This document shows, one piece after another, positions 1-9,651 of a DNA stretch of 64,000 nt; the first letter of the stretch is position 1; the number at the start of each line of letters is the position of its first letter. Where the stretch lies: assembly GCA_039815185.1 (NCBI GenBank), contig JBCBZT010000015.1, positions 74,403 to 138,402 of the forward strand. Reading direction: 5' to 3'. The notes under the pieces were generated by a model that was not told the DNA's origin, did not search any database, and saw nothing but the letters and a program-made list of their open reading frames with translations. The stretch comes from Cyanobacteria bacterium P01_A01_bin.123 (lineage in GTDB: Bacteria; Cyanobacteriota; Cyanobacteriia; Phormidesmidales; Phormidesmidaceae). A program made the position numbers and the translations under genes.

Positions 1-2
1 TG

Positions 3-893
3 ACCGTATTTGCTGACGTCATGCACGGATCCGCAGCCAGTGGGGTAGAGCGGATTTTAGGTCTACCGATTCATGAACTGAATGGTGATGCTGATCCTCT
101 GTTTGGTGGTGGTGCACCGGAACCACTCCCCAAGTATCTGGGGGAGAGTCTAGCCACGATCAAAGCCTACGAACCCGAAACCCCTGGAGGGCAAATTGTG
201 GGTTTGGTGTTCGATGGCGACAGTGATCGGATTGCTGCCATTGATGGAGCAGGCAATTTCTTGAGTTCCCAAATTTTAATTCCCATTTTGATTGAGCACC
301 TTGCTGTTCGCCGGGGACTCAAAGGGGAAGTGATCAAAACCATTAGTGGCTCTAACTTAATGCCCGCAGTGGCCAAGCTTTTTGATCTATCTGTGTACGA
401 AACGCCTATTGGCTACAAGTACATTGCCGACCGTATGTTAGAGTCTCACGCGCTAATCGGCGGTGAAGAATCGGGCGGGGTAGGCTATGGTCACCATATT
501 CCAGAACGAGATGCGCTGCTGTCTGCGATGTATGTGCTAGAAGCCGTGGTTCTAGCCGGAGCAGACTTGAGCGATCTTTACAGCAAGCTGCAAACCGCTA
601 CCGGTTACTCCTCAGAGTACGACCGGATTGATTTGCCCCTAGCCAATATGGAGGTACGGGCCAAGCTACTGGCTCAACTTGAGCAAAATCGACCTCAAGC
701 AGTGGCAGGTAAAGCGGTGAAAGATTGCCTTGCCATTGATGGCTACAAGTTCACCCTCGAAGACGGCAGTTGGCTGCTAATTCGCTTTAGCGGCACGGAA
801 CCCGTTCTCAGACTGTACTCTGAAGCGCAGACTTTAGAAGAAGTACACAAGCATTTAGCTTGGGCAAAAGACTGGGCCAACGCCATTGGCTAA
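3..893 (+). CDS. Phosphoglucomutase/phosphomannomutase family protein, 5' truncated by window edge
   Basis: Motifs FDGDSDR (metal loop), GEESGG (sugar loop), IRFSGTEP; frame is open to the window start (TVFADVMHG). Confidence 0.92.
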   Translation, partial: TVFADVMHGSAASGVERILGLPIHELNGDADPLFGGGAPEPLPKYLGESLATIKAYEPETPGGQIVGLVFDGDSDRIAAIDGAGNFLSSQILIPILIEHLAVRRGLKGEVIKTISGSNLMPAVAKLFDLSVYETPIGYKYIADRMLESHALIGGEESGGVGYGHHIPERDALLSAMYVLEAVVLAGADLSDLYSKLQTATGYSSEYDRIDLPLANMEVRAKLLAQLEQNRPQAVAGKAVKDCLAIDGYKFTLEDGSWLLIRFSGTEPVLRLYSEAQTLEEVHKHLAWAKDWANAIG

Positions 894-950
894 CGCCAAA
901 GTGCCTTAGATAACCATCTCTTGGTTATGCCGTCGCTCTAATCAACGTCG

Positions 951-985
951 AGGCCACCCAGTTTATTGCTGCTGGGTGGCTTTTT
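951..985 (+). terminator. Intrinsic terminator after pgm/pmm
   Basis: AGGCCACCCAG..CTGGGTGGCTT stem followed by T tract. Confidence 0.75.
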
Positions 986-1004
986 GTCGTCGCGATCGCC
1001 AAAA

Positions 1005-1109
1005 TATAGCGCTGGCCAGATTGCTTAATGCACCGAGTACCGCTGGGATGCTCAGTACACAAGCAATCTGGTTCGCGGTAGCGCACAAAGCTTTGTGGCT
1101 ACCGCTATA
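1005..1109 (+). repeat. 105-bp dispersed structured repeat, copy A
   Basis: TATAGCG...CGCTATA ends, two internal hairpins; aligns with 9286-9390, 28591-28695 (reverse) and 43273-43325 (partial, reverse). Confidence 0.85.
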
Positions 1110-1629
1110 AATGTGACCAAAATCACCTGCGAGCCCTATCTCAATTACGTCAAACCCTGCTGAAATATCACGTCAGTGTCAAAATCTCCATCACCCCACA
1201 AAGCTGCTGTTTCGCCGATGATGAAACTAGTGGTAGCAAATTAATCGGCCTATTCCTCAGCAGCCACCATCACTATATTTCTGAATCGGAATAACCTATT
1301 GAGATTTGCCTTACCTGGGCTGCAATCACAGCATACTGAACAATTAACAAGAATTTTTACTTCGCCATTCGTAATTGCACGGAGACGCTGTGCAGCTGGA
1401 GTTAACCCGTGAAATGTTCAACCCATGTGGCTTTGAGCCGTATGGGTTGAATTCAAGCTGAGAAGGGCGCTGATGAAGTGCTGCTCCATGTCAGGATTTT
1501 CCGCATTGTCTTAGCTAACCTAGATCGCCCAACATAGTCTTGACAGCAACTTTTCATAAAAAGTTCCTACTTGTCACGCTCTCGCGTTCACCCTATTTAA
1601 CCGTTCGCCCCTTACCCTGAGAAATCGTT

Positions 1630-1821
1630 ATGCTGCATCGCCATCATCCCTGCTGCCGAAAACGTGTTGTCCGCAACAGTTTGCTTCTGTTCTTCCTTTG
1701 GATTACTGCGCTATGGACCCTTTACGACGTGCGGTACTCTAACATGGGCGGCACAGCCCAGTATCAAAAACTTCAGCGTTTAGCGTGGTACGGTGTGGTG
1801 CTGAAAGCAAATCAGCCCTAG
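1630..1821 (+). CDS. Possible small membrane protein (63 aa)
   Basis: ATG ORF in otherwise empty region with one hydrophobic stretch; no recognised family. Confidence 0.35.
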   Translation: MLHRHHPCCRKRVVRNSLLLFFLWITALWTLYDVRYSNMGGTAQYQKLQRLAWYGVVLKANQP

Positions 1822-1846
1822 TTCTAGGTCAATCCCGTTATTCCAA

Positions 1847-2782
1847 ATGCCTCGCGATCGCGTTTCAAAGCAGGCTAAACTGCCCAAGGAGCACCCTGCA
1901 GTTGAAACACCTATGGCTTCTGGTTTGACTCGCACTCAACAGCACGCTTGCTTTGGCGGCACTGTTGAGTATTACACCCATCCTTCTAACGAATGCAGCT
2001 GCGATATGCAGTTTGCCGTTTTTGTGCCACCCCAAGCTAGCCATGGGCCTGTGCCCGTGGTCTACTACCTGTCTGGATTGACCTGCACCGAAGAAAACTT
2101 TACGGCTAAAGCTGGAGCCCAGCGCACTGCCGCTGAACTTGGGTTGATGGTGGTCGCGCCCGATACCAGTCCGCGGGGTAAGGACGTACCCGACGACGCA
2201 GAGGCTTGGGACTTTGGCAAAGGGGCCGGATTTTATGTCGATGCCACCCAAGCGCCTTGGGATTCCAATTACCGCATGTACAGTTACATCACGGTAGAAC
2301 TGCCTGCTTTGATTCAGCAGCATTTTCCGGCTAGAGGCGATCGCCAGGGAATTTTTGGCCATTCCATGGGGGGGCATGGTGCCCTAGTTTGTGGCTTGCG
2401 CAACCCCGATAAATATCGCTCAATCTCAGCCTTTGCCCCGATTGCTGCTCCGATGCAGTGCCCTTGGGGCGAAAAAGCCTTTGAGGGATATCTCGGTAGC
2501 GATCGCGCCACTTGGTCAGCCTATGACGCTACTGAGCTCGTCAAACACCATGCCGATCCAACTCGCCCAATTTTGATCGACCAGGGCACTGCAGATAGCT
2601 TCCTAACTCAAAAGCAACTCCTCCCCGACGTGTTTGAAACCGCCTGCAAAGCCGCTGGACAACCCCTCACCCTCCGCATGCAGCCCGACTATGATCACGG
2701 CTACTACTTTATGGCTACCTTCATGGCCGATCACCTGCACCACCACTTTGCCGCTTTAAGCCAGTCAGTTGTCAGCCAATAA
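1847..2782 (+). CDS. fghA: S-formylglutathione hydrolase (esterase D family); alternative start 1913
   Basis: YLSGLTC, PDTSPRG, GAGFYVDAT, GHSMGG nucleophile elbow, YDHGYYF. Confidence 0.93.
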   Translation: MPRDRVSKQAKLPKEHPAVETPMASGLTRTQQHACFGGTVEYYTHPSNECSCDMQFAVFVPPQASHGPVPVVYYLSGLTCTEENFTAKAGAQRTAAELGLMVVAPDTSPRGKDVPDDAEAWDFGKGAGFYVDATQAPWDSNYRMYSYITVELPALIQQHFPARGDRQGIFGHSMGGHGALVCGLRNPDKYRSISAFAPIAAPMQCPWGEKAFEGYLGSDRATWSAYDATELVKHHADPTRPILIDQGTADSFLTQKQLLPDVFETACKAAGQPLTLRMQPDYDHGYYFMATFMADHLHHHFAALSQSVVSQ

Positions 2783-2836
2783 CCCCCTTGCTCCTGCTCC
2801 CCCCATCTTCCTAATCAATTTGCAACTCCATCCCAA

Positions 2837-3508
2837 CTATTTCCCCACCAGTTTGCCAGCCCCTGGCAACTCAGGGCGTAAATGCATCGGTAAGTGAATG
2901 CAGTCATTGAATACTTCTACAAAGGGGCCGTAGCTGGCCATTGAGATTACGGTGAGGCCAGCGACAGGCATGGCCAGGCGATCGCGGTAACGCCCTGTAT
3001 CCACACCCAACAGTGTGCAGAGCATAATCCGCAATGTCGCTTTGTGGGACACAATCAGGACATTACCGGTCGGGTAACGATTTTCAATTTCGTCTAGGAC
3101 TGCTGAACTGCGGTGGGCTACCCGCACCCCCTTTTCACCAGCTGTGGGTGCATTCCACCCCGGATCGGCTAGCCAGCGCATGTAGTCGTCGTGGAATCGT
3201 TGATCCACGGTCGCAGGGGATAACCCTTCCCATTGACCAAAATCCAGTTCTCTGAGTCCGTCACGCTTTTGGATGTCTAGTCCCGATGTTGAAGCCAGGG
3301 ATTCATAGAGGGGCTTGACCGTTGCGATCGCATGGCTAAGCGGGCTACAAAAAATTGCTGTCCAAGGCAATTGGTAATAGGCTTTGGCAAAGTGATCAGC
3401 CATTCCCTGTCCCCGAGTAGTCAGGGGCACCCCATCATGGCTGCAATAACAGCCTGTCCGGGAATATTCTGTTTCTCCGTTGCGCAACAGGTAAAGCTTT
3501 AAGCTCAT
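2837..3508 (-). CDS. Histidine phosphatase (phosphoglycerate mutase-like) family protein with degenerate active site
   Basis: RNGET instead of RHG, SPLSHA, RELDFGQWEG, IVSH; paralogue of adjacent gene. Confidence 0.85.
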   Translation of the reverse strand: MSLKLYLLRNGETEYSRTGCYCSHDGVPLTTRGQGMADHFAKAYYQLPWTAIFCSPLSHAIATVKPLYESLASTSGLDIQKRDGLRELDFGQWEGLSPATVDQRFHDDYMRWLADPGWNAPTAGEKGVRVAHRSSAVLDEIENRYPTGNVLIVSHKATLRIMLCTLLGVDTGRYRDRLAMPVAGLTVISMASYGPFVEVFNDCIHLPMHLRPELPGAGKLVGK

Positions 3509-3521
3509 GGTGATGACTCAC

Positions 3522-4166
3522 TCAAGTACTCGGTAAGGCTCGCAATCGTTCCCCCAAGTGTGATCGATCGGCAATCCGGTGAAATCGTGGCCCCCGAGAT
3601 GCCAACTCTACAATGCTGACGGCGGCAACGGGCATATCCATGCGATCGCGATAGCGCCCCACATCAATGCCCAGCAGCAAAGACAACATAATGCGGATAG
3701 TGGCCTTGTGGGACACAATCAACACGTTGCCATCGTCATAGGTTTGCTCGATGGTGTCGAGCACCTGCGACGCCCGTCGAGCAATATCCACCGCCCTTTC
3801 ACCCCCAGTTGGTGCAGACCAGGCCGGATCAGTCAGCCAGCTTAAATAATCATCGTGAAATTGGATATCTACGACATCCGGGGGTAACCCTTCCCACTGG
3901 CCATACATGACCTCGCGCAACCCTGCTTGCAGCTGCATGTCCAATCCCACTTGTTGACAAAAGGGGGTGGCCGTTTCAATCGCCCGTCGCAGCGGACTCA
4001 CATAGGCTGCTCGCCAAGGTAAATGGGCATAGGCATCCGCAAAAGCCTCTGACATTTGATGCCCCTCTACCGTTAAACCCGGATCATTTTCTGGGGTGCC
4101 GCAATAGCCCCCGGTCAAGCTGTAGGCCGTTTGACCATGGCGCAAAAAATAAAGAACGGCTCCCAT
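3522..4166 (-). CDS. Histidine phosphatase (phosphoglycerate mutase-like) family protein
   Basis: LRHGQT, SPLRRA, REVMYGQWEG, IVSH. Confidence 0.92.
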   Translation of the reverse strand: MGAVLYFLRHGQTAYSLTGGYCGTPENDPGLTVEGHQMSEAFADAYAHLPWRAAYVSPLRRAIETATPFCQQVGLDMQLQAGLREVMYGQWEGLPPDVVDIQFHDDYLSWLTDPAWSAPTGGERAVDIARRASQVLDTIEQTYDDGNVLIVSHKATIRIMLSLLLGIDVGRYRDRMDMPVAAVSIVELASRGPRFHRIADRSHLGERLRALPST

Positions 4167-4372
4167 CGTGCAGCAACCTGAAATATAGGCACACTGCCAA
4201 TCTACCCGATTAAACTGCGAAATGGGTTAAGGGTGAACCGATGAGGCGTTCATAATGCCTTGATTCGGGATTGGCGTGGCGTCTGCAACCCGTTCGATCG
4301 CAACCAAAACATTGCGGAATTTAACCATCTGTCTTTGTATATTTTAGTGACTCTGTTTTGGAGAGCTTGCTT

Positions 4373-4873
4373 GTGAAGATTGTTCTGCGTTCTAATCGTC
4401 TGGCGCTGTTTGTATTGTTTGGTATGACGGTTTTAATTGGCTTTGAGGCTGCTACGGCTGCCGCTGCCTTAGCCCAGGGGCAAGACACCCAAGCTTGCCC
4501 TTACGAATGGCAAGCGCTGCAACCCTATGCTGAGGTGATTACCCAAAATGATCCGTTGTCGCTACGAGAAACCCCTGGTGGACGTATCATCGGTGTCATC
4601 CCTAAAGGCTGGGCAGTGGTTACGCTGGCGCAGAGCTCAGACGGTCAATGGACGCGGGTGACCAATCAATATGGCTACATCGGTCGCTTCACGTTTGACG
4701 ACACTAACCTCGATAGCGCCTGGGTATCGACTCGCTATCTGCAAGATTTGGGTGAATTTTGCGAAAAGCCAATTTCGATGTTGCAGACATCATTGAGTGC
4801 TGCCAGCCAAGCTCAGCAATACGCGGTCAATGAAGATTGGCTACACTTGGGCGATCGCATTGCCCTCTCCTAG
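4373..4873 (+). CDS. Secreted protein with bacterial SH3-like domain
   Basis: Signal-like N-terminus, LSLRETPGG..IIG..W.RV..WVS..YL pattern; GTG start behind GGAG. Confidence 0.65.
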   Translation: MKIVLRSNRLALFVLFGMTVLIGFEAATAAAALAQGQDTQACPYEWQALQPYAEVITQNDPLSLRETPGGRIIGVIPKGWAVVTLAQSSDGQWTRVTNQYGYIGRFTFDDTNLDSAWVSTRYLQDLGEFCEKPISMLQTSLSAASQAQQYAVNEDWLHLGDRIALS

Positions 4874-4881
4874 CTGCAAGC

Positions 4882-5619
4882 TTAGAACAGCGATCGCAGA
4901 TACTCGCGGCGCATCCGCGCGATCGCGCTAATTGAGATGCCCTTGGGGCACACCGCTTCACATTCACCGTGGTTTGAACAGTCGCCAAATCCCTCAGTGG
5001 CCATTTGCTCAGTCATCGCGACAACCCGTCGTTTGCGTTCTGGTTCACCCTGGGGCAGCAGTGACAGATGGGCAATTTTCGCTGCCGTAAACAGTGAGGC
5101 TGATGCATTGGGGCAGGCCGCAACGCAAGCACCACAGCCAATACAGGTGGCATAGTCAAAGGCGAGATCGGCATCAGCTTTAGCCACAGGTAGTGCATTG
5201 GCCTCAGGGGCTGAGCCAGTTTTGATAGAGATGTAGCCTCCGGCAGTGATGATTCGATCGAAGGCAGCGCGATCGACCACAAGATCTTTAACCACAGGAA
5301 ACGCCGCTGCCCGCCAAGGTTCCACTAACAGCGTATCGCCGTCTTGAAACGCACGCAGGTATAACTGACAGGCCGACGTTTGTTGTTGAGGCCCGTGGGC
5401 TTGACCATTGATCATCATGCCGCAGGAGCCGCAGATGCCTTCACGACAGTCGTGGTCAAACTCAATTGGCTCTTCACCCTGGTGGATCAACTGCTCGTTC
5501 AGCACATCTAGCAGTTCTAAAAATGACATGTCAGGTTGGGCATTGGGCACCGTGTAGTGCGCAAACTGTCCGGGCTGATCTGCCCCTGGCTGCCGCCATA
5601 CCTTCAAGTGGAGTTTCAT
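4882..5619 (-). CDS. sdhB: Succinate dehydrogenase/fumarate reductase iron-sulfur subunit
   Basis: [21 protein letters not shown] and [10 protein letters not shown] Fe-S motifs. Confidence 0.93.
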   Translation of the reverse strand: MKLHLKVWRQPGADQPGQFAHYTVPNAQPDMSFLELLDVLNEQLIHQGEEPIEFDHDCREGICGSCGMMINGQAHGPQQQTSACQLYLRAFQDGDTLLVEPWRAAAFPVVKDLVVDRAAFDRIITAGGYISIKTGSAPEANALPVAKADADLAFDYATCIGCGACVAACPNASASLFTAAKIAHLSLLPQGEPERKRRVVAMTEQMATEGFGDCSNHGECEAVCPKGISISAIARMRREYLRSLF

Positions 5620-5802
5620 CACAGGTGTTGTTGCCAATCCCAACCCATCATGGCTTAGCCTAACGCAAGGGGCTATTCTAATAGCCGGATTATAAGCATC
5701 CCTTTGGGTTGGTGTATCCGCTCGTCTGAGTCTGGATAGACTAAACTCTGATTACTGTTAACGTACAGCGATCGCATCAACTGCACCCTTCGTTACCCCT
5801 AT

Positions 5803-7143
5803 ATGTCTCCAGTTATTCCCCTCCAGTTTGTCAACGCCGAAGATCTCAAACAACAACCCGATACTGTACGCCTTTGGGCCAGCACTGCTGGCTTCAAGGC
5901 TGACCCCGGCAGCCACTGCCTGGTGCCTGATAGTCAAGGTGCAATCGCAACTGTATTAGTTGGCACTCCTGCCGCATTGGATACTTGGACGTTAGGGAAA
6001 CTAGCCCAAAGCTTGCCGCCCAATCGTTATACCTTAAGCGTAGATCTCGATGGCGAAACCGCTACCAAGTTGTGCCTCGGCTGGCAATTGGGGCAGTATC
6101 GATTCACTAAGTATAAAAATGGCTCAAGTGCGTTACCAGAATTGGTATTTCCGGCTGGGGTAGACGATGCTTACGTTCAAGCCTCAGTAACCGCTACTAC
6201 CCTTGTCCGCGATCTGATCAATACGCCCGTCAATGACATGGGGCCAGACCAGCTCGAAGCTGCTGCCCAAACCCTGGCCCAGCAGTACCAAGCCGCTATT
6301 CAGGTCACTGTGGACGAGGCACTCCTAGCCCAAAACTACCCGATGATTCACGCCGTAGGTCGCGCCAATGACCAACCCCCGCGCTTAATCGACCTGCTTT
6401 GGGGTGACCCCAATCACCCCAAAGTTACCCTAGTCGGCAAGGGGGTGTGCTTCGACACGGGCGGACTCAATATTAAGAACAGCAGCGGTATGAAGCTGAT
6501 GAAAAAAGATATGGGCGGAGCCGCTCAGGTCTTAGGCTTAGCCAGCTTAATCATGCAGATGCAGCTACCTGTACAGCTACGCGTGTTGATTCCCGCTGTA
6601 GAGAACAGCATTACGAATAATGCCATACGTCCCTCAGATATATTGCCGTCGCGTAAAGGCGTCACCATAGAAATTGGCAACACTGACGCCGAAGGCCGCT
6701 TGGTGTTAGCTGATGCCCTATGGGAAGCCGTGAGCGACCCCCCTGATCTGCTGATTGACTGTGCGACCCTGACAGGTGCTGCCCGTGTTGCCCTAGGCGC
6801 TGAACTCCCCGCCTTCTTCTGCAACCATGGGCCAACGGCTGAAGCCCTTAAAGCGGTTGGAGAGGCTTGCGACGATCCATTATGGCAACTGCCACTGCAC
6901 GCCCCTTATCGAGAAATGCTCTCAAGCAAAATCGCCGATCTCAATAATATTTCCAATACCTCCTACGGTGGCTCGATTACGGCAGCACTGTTCTTACAGG
7001 AATTTGTCAAACCAGACGTCCCCTGGATTCACATCGACTTCATGGCCTGGAACCTGCGTGCCCTGCCCGGACGTCCCGAAGGCGGTGATGCTATGGGTAT
7101 GCGGGCATTGTTTGCATTGATTCGAGATCAAGTAGTGGGTTAG
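5803..7143 (+). CDS. Leucyl aminopeptidase, M17 family
   Basis: VGKGVCFDTGG, MKKDMGG, NTDAEGRL, ATLTGA motifs. Confidence 0.95.
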   Translation: MSPVIPLQFVNAEDLKQQPDTVRLWASTAGFKADPGSHCLVPDSQGAIATVLVGTPAALDTWTLGKLAQSLPPNRYTLSVDLDGETATKLCLGWQLGQYRFTKYKNGSSALPELVFPAGVDDAYVQASVTATTLVRDLINTPVNDMGPDQLEAAAQTLAQQYQAAIQVTVDEALLAQNYPMIHAVGRANDQPPRLIDLLWGDPNHPKVTLVGKGVCFDTGGLNIKNSSGMKLMKKDMGGAAQVLGLASLIMQMQLPVQLRVLIPAVENSITNNAIRPSDILPSRKGVTIEIGNTDAEGRLVLADALWEAVSDPPDLLIDCATLTGAARVALGAELPAFFCNHGPTAEALKAVGEACDDPLWQLPLHAPYREMLSSKIADLNNISNTSYGGSITAALFLQEFVKPDVPWIHIDFMAWNLRALPGRPEGGDAMGMRALFALIRDQVVG

Positions 7144-9251
7144 GACTCCTGCCCAAACCACTTTTGGTAAATTTCGTCATACTGTTCGGTTTCAAAAAGT
7201 TTTAGCAGGCTGGCGTTAATTACTTCTCGATAGTCGCTATCTTGGGCCATGGCAATGCCGTAGCTAAGTTCTTTGTGAAACACAGGGCCAACGACTTTGA
7301 CTTTACCTTGACCGTCGTGGGCGGCATAGTGCTGAAGCACAGGGGCATCGTAGACTACAGCATCAAATTGGTTATCAATTAGCCCTTGAAACACTTCTTC
7401 TTGGGTCGCATAGTCGCGAAAAAACAGTCCGGGTTGGCGGGCTAAGTAGTCGGCAGCGGCGCTGTTGGCGATCGTGGCGATGCGTTTACCGGGTAAATCT
7501 CCTGGGCCGCGAATGTTGCCTTGGAGTTCTTGCACGGTGAAGGAGCTGGCAATGGTCGCCGTGAAGTAAGCGAGCACAAAATAACCAAAAAACATCCATA
7601 ACAATCCAAAAACGCGGCCCAATGCCCGTTGGGGTACCTTGTCGCCATAGCCCACGGTGGTTACGGTTACCGCAGCCCACCAAAAGGCTTCCCAAATACC
7701 GGATAGGTAACGGCTAGGAAACTGGGCATTGTGGCGATGTTCCGACAGCCATAAAATATGGGCCACCCCCAGCAAAATGAAGACTAAAATGCCGATCCCG
7801 TAATACAATCTGGGCGATCGCAGGACAGCAATCACCACACCAAAGACTTCGGTTAAGGCCGTATCACCCTGGCTAGAGACCAAAACCTGTAACCCCGACT
7901 CAAAGAACGCATGGGAAAAATCTAGGGATTCTTCTCCATAGGAGGTAATGCCAATCCCTGCCACGGCTAGGTCGGCGGCCCCCCGCTCGACGTCGTCGAG
8001 CATTTTGGCCAGGGAGTTAACCCCCACAAGCTCATAGGTGATGTTGAGATCGGCCGCGATCGCTTTCCAGAGGTCAATACTAAAACCGCTGTAATCTTGA
8101 CTTTGATAAGTGACAAAGGGCTCAAACTGCTTCGTCACAACCCTCAGGGTCTGACCTTCATAGGGGGAAGTTGTGGGTTCAGGGTCCGGAACTGCCGCAG
8201 ACGAGGGAGGGCTGGTCTCGGCAATTTCCTGAGCAATCGCCAACCAAGGATCAACGCGATCGCGGTTAGCCGCAATCCACTGACGGGCATGGTCGCGAAT
8301 ATCAGCTTTAGAATCTTCTCCTGAGAGCATTTTGGCGTTTTGGCTGGTGATCTCCGCTAGGGGAATTTCAATCTGTTCCAATAGCGCTCGCACTGCCGGG
8401 TTAGTCTGCAGGAAGGCACGATTAGCTACGGCTCGAATGTCGTTGGGCGGAAACCCCATGGCGCAGGGATCAGCCACACAACCCGGCACCCCTGGCACGA
8501 CCGTTTCACTCTCTAAAGATTTTTGAGCCACAGGCAGACTCGGAAAAGGCACCTCCAACCACACCACATCTTGCCCCGGCACCAGCTGACTAATAGTCCA
8601 GTTGGGTGTCCAGGAATAAAACAGCATGGATTCCCCCTGGCGATAGCGATCAATGGCGTTTTTTAGCATGGGGGTATAGTCGCCGTGGAGATGCTCAACC
8701 GTTTCGGTTAACCCGTAGGCGTCCAAATGCTGATCGATGATCTCGGCGCAGCTCCAGTCCTGGTTGCAGCCGATTAGATCTGCCTTGCGATCGCCGTCAC
8801 GGTCAAACTGCTTGGCAATATCGGGATCAGCCAAATCCTCTAAATTGCGGATGTTGAACTGATCTGCTGTGGTCTTGTCGATTAAGTATCCCTGGAGTGC
8901 TCCCCCAGGAACCTCAAACCCCACCACCTCGACCTGATCCGCAATGTCATCGCGGTTGAGAAAGCTGTTATGAGATGGAAACCAGCCGTTGGCCCACAGA
9001 TCGACCTCGCCTTCAGCAACAGCAGTGTAAAACGCTTCATTGTCTAAGGTGCGTGGTTCACTCACGCTGTAGCCCAACTCTTGCAGTAAGGCCCGAAAGA
9101 TCTCTGTTTGAAACCAGCCCGTATCCCAAGTGGGTCTGGCAATGTTGATCGGGGATGCTGCCTTTACCTCAGATACTGCTGATAGGCTCAATAGCCAAGC
9201 CAGAGCCAAGCCCAACAACACCCATCCCAAAGCTTTGAATCGAGATCCCAT
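7140..9251 (-). CDS. Fusion of ProX-like glycine betaine/proline-binding domain with GluR0-like ligand-gated K+ channel (S1-M1-P-M2-S2)
   Basis: Signal peptide; ProX-like GWFPSH, GCNQDWSC, YSWTPNW; Pro/Ser linker; FEPF..GFSIDLW S1; TTVGYGD filter between two TMs; VYDAPVL..YGIA S2. Confidence 0.88.
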   Translation of the reverse strand: MGSRFKALGWVLLGLALAWLLSLSAVSEVKAASPINIARPTWDTGWFQTEIFRALLQELGYSVSEPRTLDNEAFYTAVAEGEVDLWANGWFPSHNSFLNRDDIADQVEVVGFEVPGGALQGYLIDKTTADQFNIRNLEDLADPDIAKQFDRDGDRKADLIGCNQDWSCAEIIDQHLDAYGLTETVEHLHGDYTPMLKNAIDRYRQGESMLFYSWTPNWTISQLVPGQDVVWLEVPFPSLPVAQKSLESETVVPGVPGCVADPCAMGFPPNDIRAVANRAFLQTNPAVRALLEQIEIPLAEITSQNAKMLSGEDSKADIRDHARQWIAANRDRVDPWLAIAQEIAETSPPSSAAVPDPEPTTSPYEGQTLRVVTKQFEPFVTYQSQDYSGFSIDLWKAIAADLNITYELVGVNSLAKMLDDVERGAADLAVAGIGITSYGEESLDFSHAFFESGLQVLVSSQGDTALTEVFGVVIAVLRSPRLYYGIGILVFILLGVAHILWLSEHRHNAQFPSRYLSGIWEAFWWAAVTVTTVGYGDKVPQRALGRVFGLLWMFFGYFVLAYFTATIASSFTVQELQGNIRGPGDLPGKRIATIANSAAADYLARQPGLFFRDYATQEEVFQGLIDNQFDAVVYDAPVLQHYAAHDGQGKVKVVGPVFHKELSYGIAMAQDSDYREVINASLLKLFETEQYDEIYQKWFGQES

Positions 9252-9285
9252 GATCAACCACATCCGATTTAAAAACTTGAGTTTT

Positions 9286-9390
9286 CGTAGCGCTAACTAG
9301 ATTGCTGCATCCACCGAGGATCGCTAAAGGTCTTAGTCTACAAGCAATCTAGCTCGCAGTCGCGCACAAAGGTTGGTGGCGACTGCTATA
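9286..9390 (+). repeat. 105-bp dispersed structured repeat, copy B (diverged)
   Basis: Colinear with copy A; both stems kept by compensatory changes. Confidence 0.8.
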
Positions 9391-9436
9391 GCTTAAGGGA
9401 AAACGATAAATCTAGATGTCATCAAAACTATTTCAC

Positions 9437-9467
9437 AAAAAATAAACCCCCAGAGAAATCTGGGGGC
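9437..9467 (-). terminator. Intrinsic terminator for small gene at 9496-9651
   Basis: Minus strand CCCCCAGA-TTTC-TCTGGGGG followed by TTTATTTTTT. Confidence 0.75.
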
Positions 9468-9495
9468 AAAACACCAACCAAGTCTAGTTCAAAAC

Positions 9496-9651
9496 TCAAA
9501 TATCATTAGCATTAATCCATTCCGAAAGGGGCTCACCATCAAATGGCTGAACGCCAATATTGGGATATTCATCATCAATTGGGCTAAAAATTCGACCAAA
9601 GCCCTCTGAAAGGTATCGTGCGACGCCATCTAGCATTTCGGCAATTTTCAT
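9496..9651 (-). CDS. Small hypothetical protein (51 aa)
   Basis: GAGG RBS, own terminator; RIFSP.DDEYP.IGVQPF.G motif resembles a conserved cyanobacterial small-protein family (from memory). Confidence 0.75.
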   Translation of the reverse strand: MKIAEMLDGVARYLSEGFGRIFSPIDDEYPNIGVQPFDGEPLSEWINANDI

